Shown here one piece after another: positions 1 through 14,300 of a DNA stretch of 64,000 bases. The stretch comes from Schmidtea polychroa (lineage: Eukaryota), in contig CM097888.1 in the NCBI GenBank assembly GCA_044892525.1, forward strand, positions 38,068,001-38,132,000, given 5' to 3'. The notes under the pieces were generated by a model. The model searched no databases and was not told the origin of the DNA. It was given only the letters and a program-made list of their open reading frames with translations. Numbering within the stretch: the stretch's first letter is position 1; each line of letters starts with the position of its first letter. The position numbers and the translations under genes were made by a program.

Positions 1-2400
1 TGAAAAGTTACTTTATTATAGATTTGCCGCATGATATTCGAAAAGAAATTAATTAAGAGCCATTAGTAGAATTGAATCGATGTCATTAGCAGAAGTTGGA
101 AGTTAAGCTTTGTAGGAGACGTACAGAGAAGTATTGGCCTTGTTGCAGGGAAGTTAGACCAGAGGAAGACGAATACATACAAAAGAAAACAGAATATTGC
201 AAAATCTTAAATAAGTAAGTTGTTTTATATGTCAATCAACGAAGCATTTATTCAATTCATGTCCGAACAAAATCAATGGGAAATGTTAAAGTAGCTATCG
301 GAGATATTTCCAAGGAAGTTAGATTCATTGTGAAGGAGAAAGTGACACCAGAGGTGATTGGATGAGTAGAAATAAAATAAGCATTTGTACGAAAATTTGT
401 ACGAAAACGGGATTATACGGAAATGCAACTCACCATGGAACACGCCGTTAATCTGCGTATAGAAAAAGGATATTAGCCTATGCTTGGATTTCAGACAGCT
501 GAACGCAGTAACAGAGAGGCAGGCATTCCCAATGCCAAACATAGAGGAGATGTTAGATTTGTTTGGAGGGTGCGTTTTTTTAGCTCAATCGACTTTGGTA
601 ATGCATATTACCAAGTGGCATTAGACGAAGAAGCTCAAAAGAAAACAGCCTTCTCAACAAAAAATGGGCAATTCTGTTTCAACAGAATGCCGTTCGGAAT
701 TGCTGCAGCACCAGATACGTTTCAGGAAATGATGACAATGGTAATAGGCAAATAAATGGAGCAATGGTGTATTTGGACGACATTCTGATTTATTCGAATA
801 GTAAAGAAAAATATTATACAATACTCAGTGTACTAAAAGCGATCGAGGAAATTAACCCAGAAAAGTGTCAAATAATACAAAAAGAAATCAGATTCTTAGG
901 ACACATAATCAACAAAGAAGGAGTACAGACCGATCCTTCTAAGATTCAGGCTATACAAAACTTTGGGAAGCCAAGTTGCGTAAAGAAACTTCGAAGGTTT
1001 CTAGGCATTTGCAATTATTATAGAAGATTAATCAATGAGTATGCAAAGAAAGCAAGGATGTTAGAACAATTATGTAGCGGTCCGAGTAACAAAAATGGAC
1101 TGAAAGAACGAATAAAGTATTCGAGGGATTGAAGTTAGCACTCACAACGACACCGATCCTATGCTTTCCGGATCTGAGAAAGGAGTTCATTTTAGATACT
1201 GATGCCAGTTTTGATACCATTGAAGCAGTGCTTTCACAAAGAGATAAAGATTGAAAGAAGAGAATAATTGTGTATGGATCAAACTCGATGACGATCTATG
1301 AAAAGGATATTGCATTAAAAAAAGGAACTATTGGCGGAAGACTAATTTTGTATTCATTTTAAGCACTATCTCTACGGAAGGAGATTCACGCTAAAGACAG
1401 ACCACAAGGTGATCACGTTCATGATGACAACCAAGAAGCCTATTACTTCACAATTCCAAACCTGGATCAATTATTTGAGAAGTTTGGATATAATCGTTGA
1501 ATATAGAAAGGGTGTTAATCACCAAAATGCAGACATGGTGTCCAGAACTAAACGTGAAAAGTGTGCGTAAAGAAACTTAGAAGGTTTCTAGGCATTTGCA
1601 ATTATTATAGAAGATTCATCAATGAGTATGCAAAGAAAGCAAGAAGAAGCTAAGAGAGGAAAGATAAAAACTAGATTACTAGACTCGATCAGAGAAGAAG
1701 GTAGAAGCACCAATCAACAAGGAAATTTGGAAGAAGAATTACGAAAGAAAACTAGATACAAGAAACCATAAAGAAAATCCATAGACTATTGTATCATACT
1801 GGAGTCGAAAAGATAGCCGAACATATGAAAGAATCTGAAACCATATTGGGAAAAACCCGTGGAGTCAGATTCAGGAAACTAATCGAAGTTGTGAGACCTG
1901 TCAAAAACCAAGGCTATAACAATTACAACGAAGTAACCAGTAAAAAAACTGGAATCAACAGAAATGTTCGAAATTATATTCGTGGATATATGTGGATCAA
2001 TTTTCATTAAATGCAACCAAACAAAAAACGACAGGAAAAAGCCCGACAGAGATAGTGTTTGGAAAATGGTACGGGTCAGAAGAAAAACAGGTAAAGGAAG
2101 GAGGAAATTCAAAGTAGAACATGTGTTAGTAAAATTAGAAACACGCAACAAAAGCCAGGACAGATATGATGGACCATATAAAGTGATCGAGAATGTGCAT
2201 GACAGACGATATATCTTAAAAAACGAGAATGGTAAAAAGATTGAAAGAAACGTTGAAACACTTAAAAAATTTCTTAAGAAGGGGGATATGAGGAAGACGA
2301 AAGATTCTAAAAGTTTTAATTAGAAATTTTGTTAAATTTTAAAAGAAAAATTGAAATTTGTTTAAATAAGAAACTAAATGAAAGATAAGTTTTGAGTGTA
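1..2400 (+). mobile_element. Degenerate Ty3/Gypsy LTR retrotransposon, copy 1 (protease tail, RT, RNase H, partial integrase, PPT, start of 3' LTR)
   Basis: Frameshifted pol pieces: LCLDFRQLN..RQAFPMP, FSSIDFGNAYYQ, MPFGIAAAP, YLDD, RNase H DAS and TDHK motifs, GPY motif (RYDGPY). Integrase catalytic core deleted near 1995. Purine tract AAGAAGGGGGA at 2276-2286 follows the pol end. Collinear with the copy at 53171-55284. Confidence 0.93.
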
Positions 2401-2519
2401 TAATTTATTAAATAAAATTTATGGAATTATTTAGTGATTTGCAAACAGATATTAATGTTCTAACGAATGAGAATCCTAATAATAACCATTGGTTATTAAC
2501 CGAGAAATAATATGAATAA

Positions 2520-3066
2520 TTAGAGTGAAATCCAAAAAAGTTCATGGAAAACTGGTTTTATCTCAATATACCGGTATTGGGTTCCATATTTAGAATATAC
2601 ATTGATGGACCATTGTTTATCTATATATAGTTATATATTGTTTTATTAGAATGTGGATCAAAATTCAAAGTGAGAGATTAAAAAAAAGAAAATTCATCAT
2701 ACAATTTAACTAAACCAACTGTGTATAAACGTTATGTTGATGATATTTTTTTAATGTATGCGAATCTTCAGCAGTTAATGCCTTTCTTAGAATATGTGAA
2801 TGATTTGCACTAGAATGTTAAATTTAGGTGTCTATGATACCGTTTTTGGATATACTTAGTCAATGAAAAGGAAAAAAGACTATCAAACTGAAATATACAG
2901 AAAAGTGATTCATACTGGTGTTTTCATTTTAGGAAGTGTAGCAGTAAAAAAATGAGTATTACTGGGAACGAGTAACGCCCGAAGCGTTGTTAATTAGATC
3001 TTTAAATTCTATAATAAATACTCAAAGTGTCCAGTCTACAAGAGTTTTGAATGTATTTAAATAATT
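2520..3066 (+). mobile_element. Penelope-like element fragments (RT and GIY-YIG C-terminus)
   Basis: KPTVYKRYVDDIF (YVDD at 2733-2744), PFLDIL, EIYRK.IHTG, then EALLIRSLN..IN.Q....VLNVFK* matching the PLE end at 60653; many stops and deletions. Confidence 0.8.
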
Positions 3067-4041
3067 GTTTGCTAAATTTTTTGTTTGAAAACAATTTTTT
3101 ATTTAAATTAAATTAATTTTTATATTAATTAAAAAAAAATTTTTTGTATGATTAAAAAAATATTTTTTATTTTTGAAAAATATTTTTTAGTTTGATACAA
3201 TTTGATTACGATTATTATTATGTTAATTTGTTTGAATATTCTTATTTTCATTTAGTTGTTATTAATATTGCAATTTGATTATTTTGATTATTTATTAAAA
3301 ATATTGTTTAAGAAAAAATTTGTAGAACGATTTTTTCAATAACAAAACTCTACGTCTCCCATATTAGAATATTACTCAATGCTGGAATTTAGGTAGCTGT
3401 AGATAGTTGAAAGGTGATGTCATCACAGTCTTAATATAACATTAGAAATTTATTTCATTAATATTATTTTTAAAAACACCTGGAATCAAATGGAAAAAAT
3501 CACGAATTTAATTGGCTAATTATGCCCAATAGAAACTTACAATGTAAAAAAGAGAAAATCAATAGTGCTTTCCCATCCTATATTATACAAAGATTATTAT
3601 ACTTATATTATTACATGTATATCTAATTATTTATTAGTTTTAACATATTAAATACATAATTCTCTATATATGTATGTGAATGGGTGATTATCGAATAACG
3701 CTTAATTTAAATCACCAAATGGCAAATTTTATCATAACTTTTAATTTTGATCGACAACATGGCATTTTTATTTTAATGTTATCTGAAAATCGACTTTCCT
3801 CTATCGAATGATGCATAATTTGTCCAATTTGGATCATTAATACTGTTTTGACTGTTATCAACTATATAATAATATCAAAAATATTGCTATTAAAGAGTTA
3901 TTGAATTAAAATAAATATGAATTAAACCATATATTAAATATTTTTTTGAACATACAAATCTATGGAGAATTATGTATTTGGATTGATAACATAATTCCAT
4001 CATTTTTGATGGGTTATAGCTAGTATTTAAATAAATCTTAC

Positions 4042-7000
4042 TGCACATTCGATTAGATTTTCGTCTTCCCCGAGACTTGAAAGTCGTGCATCTTTTTCTT
4101 TTATATGTTCATATGCTTCATGTAAATTTTTTTCTAGATCTTGAATTTGAGCTTTAAACTGCTTTTTAAAAGCATTGGCATTTCTCAGGTCTTCTCGTAG
4201 AATACACAATTCACTACGATAATAAATAAATATTGAATAGCAAAACTAAATAAAAAGAAATCTACGTTTCTGAAATAATTAATTAAAATACTTAGATTTG
4301 AAAATAGTACTGCCCAAAGAAAAAATATTTGCAGTGTTCAGAACCAATAGATTTTGTCAAAAGTTTTATTTTAAAGTAAAATTATTTCAATTTGGTTATT
4401 AGTATAATATCCGCTGAATAATCAACGTATCATCTATCCGATTGTAAATATGCCAAGGTGTTTCAAAAAACATTAATCTACTGTTAATAACTACTTTCTT
4501 ATTTGTCGAAATAACTTTTTCCCGGACATATATGTTCTACATACTTGTATTACTTATAAAGAGAATATTTAATCCTACAAATGAAAAATAACTCGACAGA
4601 AAAATACTCTGATAATCATAAAAACAATATCAATTTAAATTCTTAAATCCCAATAACCAAATAAGCATGATTTTCTTATACATAATTTGTACTACAGCAT
4701 GAATTTCGACAATTTTATCTGAAAAAAATTTTGTAATGAGAAAAATCCTATAATTAAATTAGGTATCAAATGCCAAAAAATTCTTTGAGAATAAAAGAAA
4801 AATTTAGATTTTCAGATATATTAAAATAGCTGTCGACAAACAAAATACACTGGAGTGCCACAAAACAGGTAATTTAAAGTACTGACCACTCCGTGAGCCA
4901 CTGAAACCTACAAAGAAACATCAATACAAATGACAATTTCAAGTATAAATTCTATCGCCAGATTCCAGCCAAACAAACAACACAGAAAAAATTATTAATA
5001 TTTAAAAAGTTATATTGAATACTAGGTTTAGCCAGGGCCAGTAAAATTAAAACATTTATTATTACCAATAAGAGAAATGTTTCGTAACATTACAACATAA
5101 CTTGATAATGATTTTTTCTTTTGAAATATTAATTTTAACTTTGAAACTTTCAAAAGTACAAAAATTTCCTATTAAAAAATTATGGAATATAATACAAGAG
5201 AGAAAATTAAAACTTTGTTGTTCTACTTGAAGTTTAAATTGTACTTCCTGAAAAAAGTAACGGGTAGAGAAACGCAAGATGAAGTAATTTCTGAGGCTAT
5301 TAAAGCTTATCAAATACAAGCGCATATTTTTTTTTGTTTCTAGTGACATACTGTACGATGATTTTGCCTGTCCTAGATTCTAGAAACTTCTCAGATATAC
5401 GAAATGGAGTATTTAAGACATCTGCACTGCTTCAAGAAAACTTTTACAAAGGTTTGATGAACGAGCTACAGAGGAAAATTTAAGATCTGAACTTATGAGA
5501 CGAGCCTTATATTGGGATAAATTAAAAAGTTCACCCTTAGAAGAGTACATAATTTATGTTGGCTCTGAAAAAGAATAGTTATAAGCAATGATGATATGGA
5601 AATAATAAATCAATTAAACTCCACTTCTAAAAATTGTAGTATTTGTTGCTACTAAATTATATAAGAGTATAATTTAATGAATGATGCTTATAGCATAATT
5701 GGTTTAGCTTATAAGTTCTAGCTTACACTTTCATTCACTGAAGTAGCTTTGTGAGAAAAACTTTACAACACTGAAATATGTTAAAAATAGGTATTTCCTT
5801 TAAATTTTAGATTCGTGTTTTTCAGTGAATATTTGTGCTCACCGTAATTTTTTTCTATTCAATCAACAAAATGATATTTAAATTATTATTTAAATTGTAT
5901 ATTTTTATATTTAAATATAGTTTATTTTTCACTATAAATGGGACAATTATAGAATCAATTGATTTAATTGATTTTCACAATTTTAGAATGTAACAAATAT
6001 AAATTTGTTACGCAAACATGCGGTAGATGTTTTAATATAATTAATGAAATATAGAATAAATAAAAAATTTTTTACCCAGTTAATTCATCCAATTTTGTAA
6101 TTAAATCATCTTTCACAATATTGAGAGCATTTCTAAAAATAGTAAATTTGATGATTTAAATAAAATAAATATTTATTTTATTATATATGAAGTCAAGTTT
6201 TTGAAGTGATTTAGTAATAGCCTAATTTTTGTCGTTATGTTCTCATTATTTATTTGATTTGTATTGTTGTGATATCCACTCACTGGCTGTTTTGGTAATT
6301 AATAGATTAATTGTATTTTTGTATTTTTATTTAAAAGATTCAATGAAAGGTAAATGTATATCATAGGTGATAGTTATTCCCAACGACCAATAACTCAGCA
6401 AACTCAAAAAATGTATTTTATACATACACTGGTTCAAAGTATATATAGCATACATTGAAAACGTCCTTATTTATTAATTTCGGAAACTTAATTGTTACAC
6501 TTTGCTATTCTCTTATCCGCCAAAAACAGGACTATGAAAAAAGGTGGCGATTTATAGAAAAAGGCGGCTTTTAGAGTAAAAAATAATAAAATTTATTAAA
6601 AAATCTAGAAAAAAATTCATTTCTTTATTATCCAGTTATCCAAAGTCATATTTAACACAAAAATAGCAAAAATTATAAACAAAAATACTTAATAAAACAT
6701 ATTATGAAAGCAAATTAAATCTTATTTATATTCATTTTTGCAAAAATAAATTTGCGGATAAGAGAGGTAGTTACTGTATATTGATAAAATAATATCAAGA
6801 CAAATAGCTCTTACAAATTCGAAGGATAGGTTCCATTATATAAAAAGCCTGGTAAGTCAAGACATTGATTTCATAATAAATTTGAAGATCCGTTCGAAAA
6901 ATCCGCATCAAAACATCTTCAGTTTGTTATATTACAAATATTTATTCAAAATTATATTTTCAAAATACACAAACACAAAGAAAAATATTTTAAATTTTAA

Positions 7001-10000
7001 ATAACTCAAAATATCAACAAAAATTTCAAAATTAAAGCACAAATAATTTCAGGACCAGCATATTTTTTTCTACAGAAATATTTAACTAAAAACTAAACAT
7101 AAATTCAAAAAAATTTTATACAAGTTTTAAAAAATGGCCAAAAAATTTATAAATTAAAACAAAAATTTTTCATTATCACCCATTTAGAACTCTACACAAA
7201 AATATAAAAGAAATCAAGATTCTTTGTTCTGGATTGGTCACATCTCCCTAATGACACCAGTGACAAATCTTCTAGACTGAGAAATGAAAGTCAATCGAGA
7301 AAGAATCACGCTTGTAGTAAATCCAATGTTCTTTTATTAAACACTATAGAAAGCCTTTTTCTTGTAAAATCGATATTTTCTAAATACTTAGCTATAGTTG
7401 AACAAGGACATGTTATCTTTTGCGTCATCAAATGATCAAAAATAGATTTCAAGGAGTTTGAAAGCTTGCTTTCAATGATCATTTGAATTTCGCTTACAAT
7501 TTGCTGATCCATTCCTGTCGGTTTTCCTTTTTTTGAATAACTAGAAGTGCGCTGTCTAAATCAGACTCAAACTCCCTCACCATTTTAATTTTTCAGAAAT
7601 TCGGCTTTGTCCATTTAACAAAGAACAGGAGTCATAGAATAAGTTATATGATGATTCATGTTTTGGACAACAAAGAGTCATCGGATGAGCCATATTTTTT
7701 TGAGAGAACAAAATCATACTACTATTTAAAAAAAATTTTAACATAGAATTATTTTTTTTTCAAAAAAAATTTGAATCACACAAAAAAAGTACCATAATAC
7801 CGCGTAATGGATGTACCCATATAATTTCAAATGTATGTATGTATTTACGTCAACCCGTTAACGCTTTTTTGAATACACCTTTTTTATTTATTTTACTCTT
7901 AATTATTTAAATTTTAATTATCATTTTCATTATCAAGATAGGATAAATTTCGGTTTCTAAAATACAATATTTCTTATTGAAAAATTATTGTAAATATCAA
8001 AAAGAAATTAAATATTAATAATAACCAATATTTCAATCTTTCTAAATAATTTTTTATAGATAATCCGGAGTTTGTCGACAAAACTCAAGGGTAATCTTTA
8101 AAAAAATAATAATACAAACTTTGTTTCAATCAAATCTTGATTTTCTTTGAGTAAAAATTCAATTTCTTTGCTCATACCTTAAATTTATAAAGTAAATAGA
8201 AATAATAATAATAATAATAATAATAATAACCTAAATCATCAAAATCATTATCCAATCCAATTTCTTCATCTTCCATGTGGATATCATTATTAATATTGGA
8301 AGCATTAATAAAGCTTTCATCATTTCTAGAAGTAAATGAAAACATGAGTTATTGAATTTTATTTAATTAATTCTTAAAAGTAGTGTTATAAAAACTTTTT
8401 TTCCAATTTCACCACTGATTATTTTTTCCATTGAATTTATCAAAAAGAGAGCTTGAAGACTAAATCAATAATATATCGATGTTTTTTGATACTCACGAAT
8501 TTTCGGCACTGCCTTTTTTTTCACTTGAAAAAGGCAGTGCCGAAAATTTGTGAGTATCAAAATACATCGATATATTACTGATTTATAGTTTTCAAGCTCT
8601 CTTTTTAATAAATTAAAAGTAGTGTGTTTAGAACTTTTTATTTATTTGGCGTGACTTTGAAATTTATTACTGTTTCAGTTTATTTTATTATATTAATTTT
8701 ATATTTGAACTTAACAAGCTGGTCAAAACAATTAATAATAATTAATTGACATTGTCGGCCCCAGCCCTACAATAAATGTGTTTATGTAAACTATATTTCT
8801 TTCCTTTTTATTTCAAACTAGATCAATATTTTTCTTTACTTAACCCGAATTTTCGGCAGAGCCTTTTTCACGTGTTCATAAATAAATAATTCTCGTTAAA
8901 TAAATAAAACTATTTTACTATAGCCTAAAGACAAAATGAAACAATTCTAATTTACCACGAATTATTCTATGTTAGTCATATTCATGAATATTTGAAAAAC
9001 TCATTTATACATCTTATTAAATTTTGTACTATTTTCTTTTAGTTTCTTAACATAAATCTTGTCTTCTGAGATATTTGAAATTCCAATAATTTAGAAAATT
9101 TAATAAAAATAAAAACTTTAAATTATTTTTCGATGAAATGTAAAAAATACATTTTTTATTACTTACAATTTTAATAATTTTTATTTAATGGATGAAGTAA
9201 TAATACAACACAACTAAAGTTTTTTAGAATCCAATGTTAGTTTATGAAAATAAAATAATTGTTTTTAATATTTTTTGTTAGAATTATTTAATTTCTTTAC
9301 TAGGGCATATACTACCTTGATCACCGATTATACCGGGTTGACTGAGTTGTAACTGCAATGCATTATATTATAAATCTATAAATAGTAATATAGTATGCGA
9401 ATTTTGATTGAATGTTCACACGCATAACTTTTATATACTTATTGTAGTGAGCCGTTACAAGGCCTTAATAAAATCTATATAAATATTATATGCAAAAAAG
9501 GAACGTAGCCTAAATGGGCGATCATTAACGAATAATGATCAATTAGAACACAATTATGGCCAATCAAATATCACGTATAACAGCAAATTAGTTGGAACAT
9601 CTCAGTCTACTCTAACTTATTCCTAGAGTCAATCAAAATTCATGCAATCAGCTAATACTTCTTATTATCAATCAGGCTCTATTAATCAACCTCAGACGAG
9701 TAAAGCAAATTCGATACCATGTTATTATTATCAAGATCTACTGTATTCGGCTCCTAATAGTTTTAGTGTTAGCTCTCATAGACCAACACCTTCATCCTTT
9801 CCCCATTCACAATTACCACAATTTCATATGGGATATATACAGTCAAATTTAGTCCAGCAAAGTAATGCTGTTTCAGAAGTAATTCAGCCAAGTAGTGTAG
9901 AATCATGCAGTAGAATTCATGAACATGTAAATTCCCAAAATTCTCTCCAATTGAGCCAAGTTGTTGAAATGGTTCCGTATCTTCAAAAATATTCCATATG

Positions 10001-11220
10001 CTTATAATTCACGAAATAAAGTAATAAATCCTGACAATAATATGAACCCGAATAGATTTGTTATCCAACCAGTACATAAATCAAATATGGTTCCAAGAAA
10101 TAACGAACAAATAATTTGATTGGGATATCTGAATAAATTGGAAGCTTGATAATTAATTGTTACTTTTTATGATCAGTAGTGAACTATTAAATTTATTTTT
10201 CGTTGATCAGTGAATATATATATATATTTTTTAATTTATAATGATTTATGAAAAAACAATTTATGAAAAAAGACGTTTATAGTTGTTTTTTAGATCTCTT
10301 GAAACTTTTGAATTTATAGAAAATATTTCTCTTTGTGTGAATTACTTTTTATAAATATTAAATTATATTGGAATTATTTTCTTGTTTATTGTAATGTTCG
10401 CAATCATAAATCGTATGGTCATGGGGTTCATAAACACCACATTGGTGTCAAAATTGAAAACTTTGAGAACCAATAACTCCTAAATANNNNNNNNNNNNNN
10501 NNNNNNNNNNNNNNNNNNNNNNNNNNNNNNNNNNNNNNNNNNNNNNNNNNNNNNNNNNNNNNNNNNNNNNNNNNNNNNNNNNNNNNNNNNNNNNNNNNNN
10601 NNNNNNNNNNNNNNNNNNNGAATAAGTAAATAATGAGCCGTGTCAAGCGCGACAAGTCTGTTTGTTTTATCTGAAGGCAGGATTGTGAAATCTTTTTTTT
10701 AAGTGTTAAGAGTGAGAGACTTTTGTGTCCAGAAATGCATTTTCATGAGATTAGTCTGCTTCTTGATAATTGATAATGTTCTTAAGGTCATTTTCCAAAC
10801 TGCTAATATTCTCGCCTATGTCATTTGGAAGGTCCGGCATGTTTGCGTATGTTTTACGATTCGGATTGAGAAATGATTTTATTTTTCAGAATTTTCGTTG
10901 AGATTTTCTTTTTAATTTGTTTGTTTTAAGATGTAATCCTATTTGTCTTAGACTTTCAAAAGTAGCATTAGTTATAATTTCAGCTTTGTTAAGATATTTT
11001 TGGTTTGGTGGTGGAACAAATGCCCGTCCCTTACTAAGAAGATTTTCTTATGCTTTGGTGAAAATGTGGTCGGATTTGTTTATAAATACTTTATTTTCAA
11101 ATTCACTTGAAAAAGGCAGCGCCGAAAATTCGTGAATATCAAATAGATCGATATATTTACTGATTCATAGTCAAGCCTTTTTAATAAATACAATGAAAAA
11201 GAATTCAGTGGTGAAATTTG

Positions 11221-11309
<89 letters not shown>

Positions 11310-14300
11310 CATTTTTATAGTATTTATATATTTTTTGTGTGTGCGAAAAATGTTTGGCGCATTTGATTTTTTTTTCAATAAGGTACCTACAAAAAAGCTA
11401 TATTATAAACAAATACCGGTCACTATTTTCTATGGTCTTATGTTATTATCGTTTAAAAGTAAAGCGACGTCATTGTCAATTTTTTTTATGTTTGATAATT
11501 TATAATTGTCAATTTATTTTAAAATTCGGTTATAGTCTATAAACTATAATATTTTGATTATAATTATTTATAAGGCAAATTAAATACATTTATGACAAAA
11601 AATTAAACAACAAGAGTTTTGATTAAAACTTTTTTCTTTATTAATCAAAAAAAAATAAACAAAAATTAAAATATTAAATAATCCAAGTAATAAAATTAGA
11701 AAATTAATAAAACATAACAAAAAATATTGTATAAAATATTAAATTAAGGGATTCGCCTAGCTTTGATTTTAGCGAAATCTTTTCTCAACATATCTAGGTT
11801 TATAGATTTGGCAATGTCCGATTCAATGTAGATTATTGCCAAACCATTCAATTTTTCTTGCCCCATAGTTGATTGCTGGTAATTTTTAATCATTTTTAAT
11901 TTAGAAAAAGTTCTTTCACCTTTAGCAACAGAGACGGGTAAAGTTAATAGCACTCTTAATGCAATCAGTGCATTTGGAAAGAGTTCTTCAACGTTGTTAT
12001 TATAAATCCATTTCAAAATGTTTTCTGGGTTAGTATCATCTTCAATTTTTCGAGACAACAATTTCAGCTCAATTTGCAGTTCATTCTTTATAAGTTAATG
12101 CTGTTTCTAATAATTTACATTTATCTATGAGTTCATTGTTCTCCATTTCATCACATTTTTTAATATCATACAAAAGTTCAAAAGGTTTCATAACACTTGA
12201 AAACGATTCAAAACGTTGTTTCATTGAAGCAATTGCTATTGTAAATAATACGTCAAAAATTTCCTTTTGAATTTCATTTTAGGATTAATGGACTCGGGTA
12301 CTTCTGGCTCCTCTCCAAAAAAAGCGTTCTTTTTCGGATCCGATTTTCTACCTCAGGACTAAAATCATCAGTCAAATCCGCATCTATAGCGCATACTTTA
12401 GCTTCTGAAATATATTTAGCGAAAGAAACTTCGGAATTACGAGAAATCAAAAATTCAGTTTTTTTTTCAACACACTAGCTGCTGATCTCACATCCATGCT
12501 CTGTGATTGTAGTAGTTTGCTCGTACAATTTATTTCTGTTAGAACATCCTGCCAGATTATTAGACTACAAATAAATTCAAAACTGTCTAATTTTGATGCG
12601 ATTGATTCAGCTGTTATACGTGTAAGTGCATCTTTTTCCAATTGAACGATTTCTTTTAACGCTGAATAAATGCCTTTCAATCCGGTTTTCAAAGCACTAA
12701 CGGCATTAACATGGCTTTCCCATCTTGTATCACTTAAAGATTTCACTGTCAATTTACAACACATGGATATGAAAATATGCCAACGCTTTGGCGATCTTGA
12801 GAAAAAATTGTAAATTGTTTGGATGGTTGAAAAAAAATTAATAATTTCAATAGCTCCTTTTACTGCATCAACAACGACTAAATTTAAGGAGTGGCAGGCA
12901 CATGCAACGAAGAAAGCCCTTGGATTGATATTTGTAATATGAGACTGAACACCGTTTTTTCCCCACGCATATTGGCTCCATTATCGTAGCCTTGACCACG
13001 AATATTCATAATAGATAAGCCATTTTGTTTCAAAAAATTTAATATTTCTTCGGTCATCTTCGCTCCGGTTGCATCCAAAATGTTAATAAATTCCAAAAAA
13101 CTTTCTTTAACTTCCACACTAGCATTATTATCTTCGATTAATTTTGTGATGTGGACGTAACGCAGAACAATTGACATCTGTTCTTTATGGCTGGCATCAG
13201 GTGTACAGTCTACAATAACGGAAAAATACATTGCATTTCTTACCATTTCCAAAATATTATCCTTTGTAGTTTTAGCGATCAATAAAATAATTTCTTGCTG
13301 GATTTTTTTCCCCAAGTAATGAGTCTTATTTGAATTTTCTACTGCTCGTTTCACATGTTTCTCTAACACCGGATCAAATTTTGAAAACAACTCAACAATT
13401 TTAAAAAATTTACCATTATTTTCGGTGAATAGTCTGTCTGAAGATCCTCTAAATGCAATATTTTCTGAGGCCATCATTAAAATAATTGAGATTATTCGCT
13501 TGAGCACTTCATCCCAATGTTCTACTTCACTCAAGTATAATTTATTAGCTAGACAATCAACGGCTTGACCACAAGAAAGCCGCTTTTTAAGCTCAATCCA
13601 CTTTCCATAGCAGTGAAAATGTTCAGTACTTTGTTCATGTCTTTTTAAAATTATTGTTATGTGGCCCCAATCATTTGTGCCTCCTTTTGCTAAGGCAAAT
13701 TCATCATTACTAAATATTTTGAAACAAAAACAGAACACCTGATCTACTTTGGATGAATATACAAGCCAGGTTCTTTTAAATAATTCACCATTTGCTGTTT
13801 TTCGATGAAAATGTATTTTGTTAAATGATCGCCCCAAACTGTCTTTTGGGTACTGGTTAATGTTAGCTTGTATTGGACCTTTGGAAACTATATTTTGAAT
13901 TTGTAAATTTTGCAAATTTTCTGGCCAATCCGTTATATTACAAAAATCATTACAGCTAGATATATTCTCAGAACTTGTTTCTACCTCACTATTTAAACAT
14001 TCATCTTGATTAGCTGTACTAGTACTAGCATTTAAATCAACATTAACGTTAGTTTCATCAGTTTCAGATACAGACCTCTCACCAATTACAATATTTTCAT
14101 CGTACTCACGCTCATGTGTATCCATTTCTTCAACTATCTTATCAGAATTGTCTTCATTTTGCCTAACTTGCAGAAAGCTGTTCAGCGTTTTTTCATTTTT
14201 AAATTGCTCTTTCAGTCTGTTTTCTCTATTTTGTTTGTTCTGCCAACCAGACAATTTCCGTTTCCAATCCATGTTACTGCAAATAATTTTTAATATTTAA

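Noticed and set aside
4020-4041. 22-nt candidate intron after the JIP3 exon ending at 4042
   Set aside because: Splicing it gives an immediate stop (CTA TAA); cannot be supported without transcripts.
7560-7690. B-box-like reading MAHPMTLCCPKHESSYNLFYDSC on the minus strand
   Set aside because: Most zinc ligands are missing, and the adjacent sequence is better explained as a Tc1/IS630 remnant.
5033-8770. CAGGGCC and GGCCCCAGCCCT as possible hAT TIR pair
   Set aside because: Poor match, no TSD, and the span would include JIP3 exons.
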